A stretch of 63,930 bases of DNA, filler included, from Octopus bimaculoides (GCF_001194135.2; 9 parts of 7 records of this genome joined end to end with filler, not necessarily neighbours in it), one strand, 5' to 3'. Shown: positions 11,948 to 24,301, counted from the whole stretch's first letter. Made by a program: numbers and translations. The notes: a model not told the origin generated them from the letters alone.

Positions 11948-14100
11948 ATGTGAAACCGGATGGCAACACCAGGCTCCAATCTAATTTGGCAGAGTTTCTA
12001 CAGCTGGATGCCCTTCCTAACGCCAACCACTCAGAGAGTGTAGTGGGTGCTTTTACGTGTCACCGGCACGAAGGCCAGTCGGGAGGTAGTGGCAACGGCC
12101 ATGCTCGAAATGGTGTATTTTACGTGCCACCTGCACAGGAACCAGTCCAGCGGTACTGGCAACGAACTCGCTCGAATGTCTTTTCATGTGCCAGGAAGGC
12201 AACGTTGGTTACGGTCACGCTCGAATGGTGCTATTTACAAGCCACTGTCACGAAAGCCAGACAGCTGCTGCTCTGGCAACGATCACACTCGGACGGTGCT
12301 CTTAGTGATTTACTGGTACTGGTGCCATCTCGATTTCGCTTTCACTTGCCCCAACAGGTCTTCACAAGCCGAGTTTAGTGTGCATTGAAGACGTTGGCAT
12401 GGGTGCCAGTCTGCAAATTTAGTTCGATTTCGATTTCACTTGCCTGAACAGGTCTTTGCAAGCGGAGTTTAGTGTCCAAAGAAGGAATGTTATGCATAAG
12501 TGGGCTGGCTGCATCCCTGACATAGGCCGTGGATTTTGGTCTCACTTGGCTTGCCGAGTCTTCTCACGCACAGCATACTTCCAAAGGTCTCGGTCACAAG
12601 TCATTGCCTCGGTGAGGCCTAATGTTCAGAGGTGGTGCTTCACCACCTCATCCCAGGTCTTCCTAGGATTGCCTCTTCCACGGGTTCCCTCAACTGCTAG
12701 GGTGTTGCACTTTTTTACACAGCTATCCTCATCCATTCTTGCCACATGTCTATACCAGTGCAATTGTCTCTCTTGCACACCACAACTGATGCTTCTTAAG
12801 TTCAACTTTTCTCTCAAGATACTTACAGTCTGTCGGGTATGCACACTGACATTACTCATCCATCGGAGCATACTGGCTTCATTCCTTGTGAGGTTACGCT
12901 TGTCCTCAGCAGTCAAGACCCATGTTTCACTGCCATGTAGCATGGCTGTTCGTACACATGCATCATACAGTCTGCCTTTTACTCTGAGCGAGAGGCCCTT
13001 TGTTGCCAGTGGAGGTAAGAGCTCTCTGAACTTTGCCCAGGCTACACTTTTAGCGCACCCACGCCCACTACTAACTTGGTCACCCAGATATCGGAAGCTA
13101 TCAACTACCTCTAGGTTTTCTCTCTTCTGGTAGTTCTGGTAGTGATTCAGCAATTAGTGCACGGTCATCAGCATGGATCCTGTCTTGAATTCCTCTGTTA
13201 TCGCCTGGAGGACTATGATGAATAGGAGGAGGCTGAGGACATAACTTTGGTGGACCCCTACCTCTACCCGGAATTCTTCACTGTACTCATTGCCAACCCT
13301 CACCTTACTGACAGCGTCTCTGTACATGGTTCGCACAGCTCTTACTAACCAATCTTCTATCCATAGTTTCCTCATTGACCACTAGATAAGGGATCAGGGG
13401 ACCCTGTCAAAGGCTTTCTCCATGTCAATGAAAGCCAGGTACAGAGGTTTATCTTTGGCTAGGTATTTCTCCTGCAGGTGTCTTACCAGAAATATAGCAT
13501 CAGTGGTGCTTTTCCCTGGCACGAACCCAAACTGCATCTCATCTAAATTGACTCGCTCCCTAATTAGTTGGGCTATAACCCTCTCCGTGACTTTCATTAC
13601 CTGATCCAACAACTTGATACCTCTGTAATTATTTGTATCTAAAGTGTCACCTTTACCTTTTGTAACAGTTGACTATGGTGCTGCTACACCAGTCATTGTG
13701 TATGACACCTTCGTGATTCCTGATGGGCCGGGGGCTTTCCCTGTCTTCATACTCTTAATTGCTTTATCTACCGTTGTACTGTCAACTCGGATAGCTGGTC
13801 CATCTGTTGGGTCGACATACAGCAGACTCTCTTTCTCCCATTCATTCTCTTTATTGAGCAATCTATTGTAGTGGCATCTCCAGACCTCTTTCTTTGCAGC
13901 CTCATTTAGTGCAAGCATACCTTCATCCATGCGAACTCATTTCTCTCCTACAACATCACTATTTTCTCTCCTCCACTGTCTTGCAACACAAAATACCCGC
14001 AGAACATTGGCAAATCTTTTCTTATCTATTTCCCCTCTGGCTAGATAAACCGTCTCCTAGCTTCCCTTCTAGCAGTCTGATACAATTCCCTGCTACCTCC
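11948..14100 (-). mobile_element. RTE-clade LINE, decayed: RT domain, C-terminus and 3' UTR
   Basis: Frameshifted minus-strand ORFs give KAIKSMKTGKAPGPSG, QFGFVPGKSTTDAIF, LAFIDMEKAFDRVP, GVHQ, HADD (YADD), FRYLG, LHGSETW and GRGNPRKTW. The 3' UTR has internal repeats and the family tail at 11948-12060. Confidence 0.95.
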
Positions 14101-14599
14101 ANNNNNNNNNNNNNNNNNNNNNNNNNNNNNNNNNNNNNNNNNNNNNNNNNNNNNNNNNNNNNNNNNNNNNNNNNNNNNNNNNNNNNNNNNNNNNNNNNNN
14201 NTATATATATATATATATCTATATATATATATATGTATGTATGTATGTATAACAATGCCATGATCACACACTACACACCTTACTTCCAAGCATTGCTCTA
14301 AACAGTAAAAGTGAGCTAGAATGTTAAAGCATAGTGCACATGCACAGCAGAGTTCAAGATCAATCTGTGCCAAGCAACTTCACTCTCCCTGCTTTAGCTT
14401 CATTACTATCGCAAGTCAGGAAACTTATTGATCAGGCCACGTATATATACATACATATACATACATGTACACACATACATTACAGATGTACACACACACA
14501 CACAATATATATAATTCATGTTATGTTTAGAAGTGATGCATGTTACTAGAATTTCTGATTTGAGTTGAATATATTGACCAAGCTATTACTGGTCACAAT

Positions 14600-14890
14600 G
14601 CATTTACTATCTTTCTTGATTGTGCCATTGTTGCCCATCATGTCCTAAATCATCTTCCCATCATCATGGAGGCCTTCCAAATATCCATCCATTATTTGTG
14701 AACCTTGTGATATACCTGGTCCAGTGGAACTTGTGCTTTCAGTATTCTGTGATCATATCATTCACTCTACTTTGTTCTGAAGTTATTTCATTTTGAATAT
14801 GCTCTTGTAATGATATTCCTAGTATGGAGCTTCCATGTCCCTATGTGTTGTAGCCAACTGATGTTTTTCATCTTGCACTTGCATATTCAA
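14600..14890 (-). mobile_element. Highly decayed RTE-like RT C-terminal fragment
   Basis: Minus-strand remnants LGH (YFGH-like) and LE..MMGK; many stops. Confidence 0.4.
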
Positions 14891-15173
14891 ATCATGCAAT
14901 AAAAGTACCTCTGTACTATAAATATTATTAATACCACATATTTAATGGCTATGTTTTGTTTAAATGTCAGAAGTACCTCTGTACTATAAATATTAATATT
15001 ATACATTTAATGGCTATGTGTTGTTTAGATGCCAGACGTTGTAGTCTTTTTTGTTCAAGGCAGTGATAAGCCACAAATACAGTGAAATATGGTTTCTGCT
15101 ACTCTCATGCTTTCTAGGGAACTTTTGTTTTATCTAGCTTTCAAGTATAAAGTGTTTTTAACACTATATGTCT

Positions 15174-15640
15174 TTAATCCTTTAGGATTTAAACTGGTCA
15201 TAACCAGTTCAAATATTCTCCTATTTTATGCTCAAACCAGTCAGACCTGGCCTTTCACATATACACTTCAGTGTCATTCTAAAAATATACAATCATATCA
15301 AAATTTTGAAGGTATGACATAATACCTGATTAATTCAAAACAGTGTGAATAAATAAGCATTACATTTGACAGAATAACCTGAATGGTAAAGATTAACTCT
15401 TTTGATACTAACCTACCTAAAACCACCTCTGGCCCTGCAGTACAAATGTCTTGTTTTCAAAAGTTCTGAATTAAAATCTTCCACCAAACCTTAGTCACAA
15501 TTTATATTCCTAACACTAGCTTAATGATAACTAAGTTATTTTACTAAATTCTTTAATGATAACTAAGTTATTTTACTAAATTCAAAATTAATTGAAAGAA
15601 ACAGAGCATCTCAACATAAATATGGTAACAAAAGGGGTTT
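15174..15640 (+). mobile_element. Two abutting TTAA-ended MITEs (piggyBac-like termini)
   Basis: TTAATCCTTTAGGATT...AATGGTAAAGATTAA is followed by TTAACTCTTTTGATAC...GTAACAAAAGGGGTT. The same junction recurs at 21650-21755 and the second part recurs inverted at 60545-60780. Confidence 0.65.
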
Positions 15641-15989
15641 TTTCTAAACTAAAAACCACAGCTTCTGATAGTGTTTATATTATAGAGCTGCATTAATTCC
15701 ATAATTTCAATTTATACTACAGATACGACACCATTGCAAATCGAAAAATAGTTTAGACACTATATACTTTAGACAAATTTTCTTATTTCATCTCAGAAGT
15801 GAGACGAGTGTGTGGCATTGATAAGCCATAAATATAGCAAAATACAGTATCTGCTGTTCTTGTGAGCACTACTTAGGCAATTCTGTTTTACCTACCTCTG
15901 ATGTGTATTAAGTTTCTTAACACTATACATCTTTAAAGGGATTCCTCCAGGATGAAAAAGTATGTGACAGATAATGCTCATGTATATAA

Positions 15990-16140
15990 GTATCATCATC
16001 AAATTCCCTTAACTGGGTCAGCCTGCCACTGATCTCTGTTGTCTGTCATGAAGGGTGGCAGTGTTGAAACTTGTCCAGTCCTTGATGTTGTCAGACCAAA
16101 ATTATCCCTGTCTGCTTTGTTGACTTGCTGCCTGACAAAG
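15990..16140 (-). mobile_element. RTE LINE 3' end fragment (different subfamily)
   Basis: Minus strand encodes W.DNIKDWTS...DQWQ, typical of the RTE C-terminus, and ends in GATGATGAT. Confidence 0.55.
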
Positions 16141-17019
16141 CTGTTCATTTTGTGTCCTTTGCATGGGATGCGTAGCAGCCTTCTGAAGCTTCATTCATGT
16201 TGCATGCTTTGCCAGTATGCTTCCCACATGAATGTCATAGCTATACTTAAACATATACACCATAGGAATATATAATACAATGATATAAAACCAATGTAAA
16301 GCCTGCTATCTTAAAGATAGTGTGTTTCCACTTATATATATGGACACACACAATTCACACGAAAAGATTAGTAGCCAAGATATCTATGTCAAACTTTACC
16401 TTGTAAAATGTTAATAAATATTGACTTTACTAAAAAGAATTCAATAATCCTTCAGCCAGGAAGTTTAATGATGGTTCCTTTCCATTAGAACCCTATGGAA
16501 GAGGTTCTTCAGGACTCTGTCCTTACAATCCTCCCAGGAATAGTGGACAGAAAAAATGGAAGGATAGATAATCCTTCAGTTTAACGTTAAGCTTATATAT
16601 GTCACATGACATCAAAAACACATATATATAAATACACCCACATATAGACATGTGATGTAGTGGGTTAGTTAAAAAGCCTATTTGGTCTTTGTTGCCACTA
16701 AACTTTAAGCACTCTAATAAGTAGCTAACTTCAGCCTGATTTGTTGCCAGCCCAGCACACTGTCACTACTACATTATCCAAGAATAGTAATGCTCATGCA
16801 TATATGCACACACACAGGTATGTAAGATGGCCTTTGGTATGGTTTCTGTAAATCAACTTTCACTCACAAGGCAGAAAACCCTTGACATAAGTATCAATTT
16901 CAGGAACCATGCGGTTGCAAAGGAAACTTCTTAACCACCACACCATGCTTGCACCTGTGTGATAAAATTAGTGAAGAAAAAACAAATTTAAAAAGAGAAA
17001 TTGATGTTAAAACACTTAC

Positions 17020-17082
17020 ATTTTGCAATTCATGAAGAACTTTCAAAATATCTTCATGACTTTCAATTCCAACTTCTCGACA
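17020..17082 (-). CDS. Candidate 63-nt internal coding exon (phase 0-0) of an unidentified host gene, CREVGIESHEDILKVLHELQN
   Basis: Minus strand shows a CTAAT branch-point-like motif, polypyrimidine TTTTGTTCTTTTTCTTCAG acceptor, 21 open codons and a perfect AT|GTAAGT donor. It lies in non-repetitive sequence and the peptide is not recognised. Confidence 0.6.
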
Positions 17083-17429
17083 CTGAAGAAAAAGAACAAA
17101 ACTTACATTAGAGAAAGCCTCTATCTTAAAAATGAAATAAATATTTGAGATAATGATCATGTCAATACTATTCACCTACTGTAGTGAGTGAAAAATATTC
17201 TTCGGGTCAATATTTGCTTATTTTGTGACCAATTTTATACTCTCAAACTAATCCATTCTTTAATTAAGTTAAATACAATTAAGTTTATTGAAAAGGTCCA
17301 GTGTACTGAGATGTTAATAGAAAATTGGTTGAGTATAAAAGAAAAAGTTAATATAGAATATGTGCTCAAAAATAGCAGAACAATGTATAGATGCAACTTC
17401 TATGTAGTAAAGTTTCCTCAATACTATAT

Positions 17430-17900
17430 TATTTTGCTTTAGTTGTACTTCAATAAGAGAAATCCAATTCTGTGAAGCCTGTCAAAATTGGCACAATAGG
17501 AAAAAAACTTGTAAAGCAAAAAGTGGTAAAATTGAAAAGAGAGTAATGTCTGATATCAATTTTAAATCACTGCCTCTACTTTTTGAAATACAGTTTAGTA
17601 TAGTTCAGCTTTCTAAAAGAGATCCAAATAAGAAGAATTTAATTCTGAAAGCCTCCTCAAAATTGATACCTTGGAAAAACTTGTGGGGTAAAAAGTTGTC
17701 AAATCAAAAAGGGAGTAAGGCTTAAACTAGTATATCTCTGTTATTTTAGAAAAGCAATCGATATAATTAAACTTTCTTGAATGATTTGAGTCAAGGGAAT
17801 CTAATTCTGAAAGCCCTGTCAAAGTGGTACAGTAGGGGAAAAAAACTTAGGGGCTAAAAGAAGTCAATTTTGATGGTGGTCAACAGGGCACTAAACTATA
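17430..17900 (+). repeat. Degenerate tandem repeat, about 165-175 bp unit, 3 copies
   Basis: Recurring AATTCTG(T/A)AAGCC..TCAAA.T.G..AC...GGAAAAA(A)CTT...AAAAG at about 17467, 17641 and 17802. Confidence 0.65.
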
Positions 17901-17907
17901 GTTCTAC

Positions 17908-17952
<45 letters not shown>

Positions 17953-19559
17953 CACAGACTCAAACACATACAAGTAATATATAAAGTAAACAATAGGATC
18001 TGAGTAAAATAGTGATTTGCATCAACAATTAGTAAGTATAAACAACTGAAAAGAGGAAGAAATTGGAGGTGGACAGGTCGAAAACAGACTTCACTACTTT
18101 TTCTATTTTCATTTCAAAGTTTTGTGGAGAATCCTGTTTCAACAAGAGATTATGATTTAGCCCCCAAAACAGTTTTGCAAATTTTCAAATCCCACCCCTT
18201 TATGTTTTGTTTTTGAAATATTTTAGGTGGAAAATTCCACATGTGAAAATAGAGATTACGATTTTGGAAAAGAAAGTTTTTAAAAAAATTTCAATTTTGT
18301 TAAACTCCCTCTTTCCCCATCTAAGCTCTTGGAGCACAATCAATATTCTGGAAGTTACTAAATTTCACCACTCATTTTTGCATGCATGGATGCTTGTCAC
18401 ACCAGCAAATGAAATGAGAAAGGCTGCAATATAATGGCTTGACATGCTTAAAATCTCTGAAATATACCTTTATCCAAAATTTTTAACATCAACTTTTCCT
18501 CTGGCTATTAAAATAATACCCGCCACACATGTAGATGCCTGCTGAACTAGCAGATGATATGAAGGAGAGCTCAATGCAATTGCTTGACATGTTAGAAATA
18601 ACAATCAAAGCTCTGACAGATAATTGTTTTCCAGCATTTTATTTTTTAAAATAATCACTTTGTCTAACTTTCAGAATAATGACATTCGACCCAAAGAAAT
18701 GTGGAATGCATCAGTAGTTATTCTAACTTGCCCAACCAAGCTACACCGAAAATAACTGGTAATTTTGCCATCTATATAATTGTATTTTCTTCATTATAGT
18801 GTTTTAAATGTTTCAAATCATCTCTACAAACCAATGCAAAAGTTCAAACTGAAACTGAAGCTGAATTATTGTCTTGGGCTTCAGCCCAAGCCAATAATTT
18901 AATGTGGTTGTGCTAAGTTAACGATTCATTATTTTTCTCAACTGATGCATCTTCATAGATTCTAATAGACTAGAAATTGGTTCCTGCTTCCAACAAAAAG
19001 ATGTTCCCTACCACTATGGTGAGAGTTGATTTCTTTTCTTTTTCATGTTTTCTATTTATGTTTTATTGCTGTTGTTAACTGTATCAAGTTATTTACTTAT
19101 TTATAGTAGGAGAGGATGACTACAAGGAGATTTGGATGTGGTTTTTAGCAAACTGAGTATCTGCATCTAGACTTCATCCTGAAATAAAAGAGTCAAAATT
19201 ATTCAATTAATATTTTTTGTTTTTACTATAGCCACAAGGCTTTAAATTTGGGGTAGAGAGGCTAGTCGATTACATCAACCCTAGTGCTCGACTGGCACTT
19301 ATTTTATCAACACCAAAAAGATGAAAGGTGAAGTTGACTTTATTTGAACTCAGAATGTAAAGAGCTAGAAGAAATGCTGCTCAGGACTTTGACATGCTAA
19401 TGATTCTGTCAGCTTGCTGGCTTAATAATAGTACTGAGGATTACTAAACTCAGAAGATACTGTTAATACTCTAATACTGGGTTTGAAAAATTATATTGGG
19501 CAGAGTAAAGAGAGAATACTATAAGCAGTCAGAGATACCAAAAAAGTGGCTGAAACAGT

Positions 19560-20272
19560 AGGAGAATTCAAAGAGAAAAGGAAGAACAACAGAACAAAGA
19601 AATGGAATTACATAGTCAATTCATGCAACAAACCAACAATGTTGAAAGTAAAGAATACTGGCTCTGTCTGATGGACGGAAACTTGAAATGAAATGAGAGA
19701 CCAAAATTATAGCCACTCAAGAACAAACTGTTAGAATAAATCTAATAAACACAAAGATTGACAAAACTCAGTCAGACAGCAAATGTAGGATCTACAGAAA
19801 AATCAATCACCTCCTGAGTGAGTGCAATAACCTAGCACAAAAGGAGTACAAGCACAGGCATCATTGTGTAGGCAAAAGAATGCATTGGGGTGTTAGCTGA
19901 GTGCATGGCTTCAAAATAACAGAAAAGTAGTATGAATACAAAAATGATTATAGAGGACAAAATAAACAAATAGCATACGATCTTAGATCTTGCAATTCAC
20001 TATGATAGCAAAGTAGATAGCAAAGAAACTGAAAAAACTGAGAAATATCAGGATTCAGTCAGAGAGCTGAGGAAACCATGGAAGACTAAACACTCAAAGT
20101 TACTGAAAGAGATTGCTATTGGAACCTGTATTGTCACCCTGCAGAAAAGCATCATTACTATATTCTGCAAGAATCCTAAAGAAGATTCTTGAGATTTGAG
20201 GAGATTTGTTGTCAACAAACCTTCAAAATAAAATATCTACTAAATTAGCATGCACTAATGTAGTAGTAGTAG
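19560..20272 (+). mobile_element. R4/Dong-like non-LTR retrotransposon 3' part (zinc knuckle and restriction-like endonuclease region), decayed
   Basis: Remnants KIDKTQSDSKCRI, NHLLSECNNLAQKEYKHRH, EKYQD..RELRK.WK and TLQKSII..ARILKKIL; ends in (TAG)n. Confidence 0.8.
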
Positions 20273-20699
20273 TCCTTTCTACTATAGGCACAAGGCCTGA
20301 AATTTGGGGGTGGGGAGGAAACTAATTGATTACATTGATCCCAGTGTTTTACTGGTGCTTATGATTCTGCCAGCACCACTTTAATAATAATAGTAACAAC
20401 GGTTTCAAGACCAGCAAGTTTGAGGGGAAAGGGCAAATAGATTACATTGATTTTGCTACTTGACTGGTACAAAAGAATGAAAGAAAGTGGCATTTGAAGT
20501 CAGAGCATAAAGACAAAATTCCACAAAGCTAACAATTCTTCTAGCTTGCCACCTTAATGAAAATGATAATAATAATAATTTCTTTTATTTGTCACTAATC
20601 CTCTATTTATTGCTAAAGCAGAATATCCAACCATCCTTTTACCTGACTGGTAGAGGAATGTGACTGCCTGACAGCATTCTAGGTGCCAAGCACCCAGTT

Positions 20700-21650
20700 T
20701 CAGTCTTTTTTTTCACCCAGGACATCAACTTTGTCAAGGAGACACAACCTGAGCCCATGTCTGTGCATCAGAAGCCATAGTATGCTTAATCTGCCACTGA
20801 GGGTGTGCTGGCAGCAAACTGACCACTTGATCATTGCAACACATCCTTTCCACAAGAAATTAAATGAAAGATTTACAGCCTGGGGCAGGACATGACAGTC
20901 AGGTGATAAACGATAATGGAGATGATGTAGGTATTTACCCCCACTGCCCAACCTTTCAGAGACAATTTCCATGTAAGGCTTGCCACCCTGTTCATTACCT
21001 CATTCCAGTTCTTATCCACTTGGAGGTCGAGATTGAACCAGACCCGATCAGTTTCACTGGTCTGTCAGTCCAGCATCTGATGATGCTATCCAACAGTATC
21101 AACCTACTTCTTCAGGTGCCCAGCCTCAAGTCCAATAACTTGTTGGCATTGATTTTAGCACTTGCAATCAACACATATTCCTTTAGAATGGTGCCGATCA
21201 TTTCCACTTTGGAGGTATCTGACATCATGCCGGTGACATCATCTGCATATGCCTACACTGCCCTCATGTTCCAGTTCAAAGTAATCCAACTTCTGCAGCA
21301 GTGGCTAGAGAGCCAGTACATACAGAAAAGAGGACAGTGGGCAGCCCTGATGGAGTGAGTGTGTGATGCTAAATGGTTCCAGTAGGTAGTTGTTTTCTTT
21401 GAGCACCAAGCAGGTGCTGCTGTGCATTGCAATGATCCAACCTCTGAAATGGGTCTAAAAATTGACCGCTTTCAGGACAGCTTCCAAGTAATAATGGTCA
21501 TCCCTACTCAGGCATCAGTCTATCAACCGGTGTCTCTAGGTGAAGTCGTACTGCCATGTGGTGGATCTTTCTTTTGCAGTGCTTCTTCCCTGTTTGTTGA
21601 TTTTTGTGATGGCTCAAACAAAGAAACAGCATGCTTCTGTGAAATTCTGT
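20700..21650 (-). mobile_element. Tx1/L1-like LINE RT fragment, decayed
   Basis: Minus strand gives DHYYLEAVL, HQGCPLSSFLYVLAL.PLL, AYADDVT, AKINANK and FNFLWKG. Confidence 0.85.
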
Positions 21651-21759
21651 GAATAAATAAGCATTACATTTGACAGAATAACCTGAATGGTAAAGGTTAA
21701 CCCTTTTGATACTAACCTACCTAAAACTGCCTTTGGCTCTGCAGTACAAATGTCAGGGT

Positions 21760-22175
21760 GACCTTTGACCTCCCAAACAAATGAAAACATCACAAAAAGT
21801 CATGAACTGATCTTGGAGCATCGCTTCTCTGAACAGTTGATGAACTAGCTGATATGACTGGTGTGTCCTGGAGTTCCTACCAACAAATTTTGAGCGAAAG
21901 ATTGCCAGTGAAAAGAGTTGCAGCAAAATTTGTCCCTTACTTGCTCACAGAAGACGAAAAGCAGTCATGACTGAATGTATGACATCATGTACCCAATCTT
22001 GCTCTCTGTGACTTTTTTTTTATTCTCCTGAATGAAAAATGTCCTTAAAGGAAAACATTTTGCAGATGAGGAAGAGGTGAAGAAAACAACGACAGAGGCG
22101 TTAAAAGGCATCACTTTGCAAGAGTTCCAGGACTGCTTTGAACAGTGGAAAACATGCCTCAACCGATGTATCTAT
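21760..22175 (+). mobile_element. Mariner (Tc1/mariner) transposase remnant with internal deletion
   Basis: TSQTNENI, VDELADMTGVSWSS.QQILSE, KRVAAKFVPYLLTEDEK, then a jump to PNLA.CDFF and MKNVLKGKHFADEEEVKK...QEFQDCFEQWK...RCI. Confidence 0.9.
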
Positions 22176-22894
22176 ACTATAATGGAGAAAGCTGCTTATT
22201 AATTAGGTATGTAACAATTACTAAAAGTACTAAAAGAAAGCAATTATTAAAGAGTTGACCATCTGGAAATCATCATCATCATTTATAAATTCATGTTCTA
22301 AAAATTTTCCTATAATTTCGATTTCTCAAGTTTCTTGAATTTTTTTAACTCCATTTTCTCACAAATTTAGATATTCGTTGCATTCACTGCGTCCAATTCA
22401 CAAATTTAAATATTCATTGCATTCACTGCGGCATATTCCATATTTCCAAAGTCCCTCGCGTTCTCTTTTAAGTTTTTGTTCGCTATTTGGAAAACTGACA
22501 GTTTATTTTATTAATGTATATGTAATTTATTAGTTATTATTCTATTAATGTATACTTAATTAATCATTTACTGAATTAAAATTTTTTAAATACCCGTATA
22601 ATTTTTGAATGCGGAATAGCTGTGAGAGGAGCCTAGAAAATTGGGTAATTACTATTAGAAGACGAGGAGGAAAAAAAGTTATTGACAGGCACTCAAAACT
22701 TGCACTTATTCAGAGTCTCCAAACACTCTGTACCACTAAGCCAGTATATACAGAAACAAGTAGAACAAGTAACTTCAACAGTGACATACTCATACACACA
22801 CATAGATACATATACACACAAATGAAAGGCAATGAATGTGTGTGTGAGTGTGTGTTTGCTGTTAAAACATTGTGTTGCATTACTTTTGCAAAGT

Positions 22895-23270
22895 TTTGTC
22901 AGTGAACAGGTTGCGGTTTCAAATCGAAGAAAATATTTTGACACAAATGAAATTTTAATGCTGAAGTGAAATTGGTAGTACTTAAATACAGAGGTCCCTT
23001 AATGGTACTACTTAAATACGGGTGTTACATACAAAACATTTTAAATGTACACTGTATGGACGTGTAATGACACCCTAACACTAAAAACTAACCCTCCACT
23101 TCATATTGCTACATAGATGCAACAGGACCTCTGTATTTAAATAATGCTGTGAAACTAATGGTTTCTGTGTGTTCTTGAATGGGTTACAAACATCTATGCT
23201 GTAATTGTTTTTATTTCAGCACATGATCTCAGATTAAGTCACTTGCTATGCAAGTACATCACCATAATTT
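22895..23270 (+). mobile_element. Small non-autonomous element with a hammerhead-like 5' motif, interrupted by a TIR MITE
   Basis: Its 3' part (23170-23270) matches 25169-25286 in reverse complement. Its 5' part (22897-22943) folds like a minimal hammerhead. Continuity across the MITE is inferred. Confidence 0.5.
22982..23140. mobile_element. 159-bp MITE with perfect 16-bp TIRs
   Basis: TTAAATACAGAGGTCC (22982-22997) and GGACCTCTGTATTTAA (23125-23140); internal CCCTAA-like motifs. Confidence 0.75.
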
Positions 23271-24301
23271 TTTTAAATCACTGTTGATAAATGCGAGCAA
23301 TGACCTTCTCAGGCTCTCCAATATTTTAATTTCTAAACAGAGACAATTGGGGGCAGCGAGTGGAGTTGCAAAAAACTCATAATTTCTCAAATTTTCTTTT
23401 TTATAGCATATAAATGTATTTATGGGGAAGAAATATTGAAAAACATCAATACATGCGAGTGTGATAAAGAAACGAGGAAGCTTGTCTTTGGATAAACAAC
23501 AGCCAAATCGCCACTAAATCAATCACTTTTCCCTCTTAAAATATTAACAATTAAAAAATTTTTTTTTACTGAAAATGCTCTTCCCATGGCTTTGAAGTGC
23601 AAAGCAAAAATTGGCCAAAATAGGTCCGGAGTGGGATGATGATGGAAAGGGTGTAAAGAACAATGAGTTTACAAAACTTTTTTTATAAAAAAGTTATGGT
23701 TTAAAAAAATGAAGAAAATGCCTGAAAAAATTTGCCCGTAAATTTCTTTATAATCATACTCTATGCCATTTGAAAGTGATTTGTATAAATTTTCATTAAA
23801 AGATAGCCATCTTCCCGAAAGTTATGAGGGAAAAAAACTCTTCTCTCCTCCCTCTTGGAAAAATTCTTTCTTATAAATCCCTATATACTCTGAAGACACA
23901 ACAACTAAGTGGTATTTGTAGAAAAATTTTGCTAAAAAGTATCCATTTTTCTGGATATCACGAGGCAATAAAAAAAGGGGTATATACATCTGTAGTAATG
24001 CCTTTTATTTATACAATTTTTTCACTTCATGCTTATTTCATTCATTGTTTGCAATGATATCTCTCCTCCCTCTCTCTCTCTCTCTTATACACACACTGCA
24101 AAGATTACAGAAGGGCTGCTGAATTGAAACCTCTATCTTGCTTTGAGAGGAAGGTAAAACTTGACAAACTACTTCTCCCTCTGTTGTTGGACTACTGTGA
24201 TGTTTGTTTTAAGAAGAAAGATTATGACTGTGATAAAATAATGAAAGCAATACTTACTAAGCCAGTGAGCACTATTATACAAAGAAATAATTACAGTTCT
24301 G

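Noticed and set aside
18675-18758. Plus-strand exon candidate with TTTCAG acceptor and GTAATT donor
   Set aside because: Stops occur in all frames (the best frame stops just before the donor).
22560-22640. Helitron 3' end (CCGTAT/ATGCGG hairpin then CTAG)
   Set aside because: The hairpin is weak with a long loop, CTAG is distant and no 5' TC end was identified.
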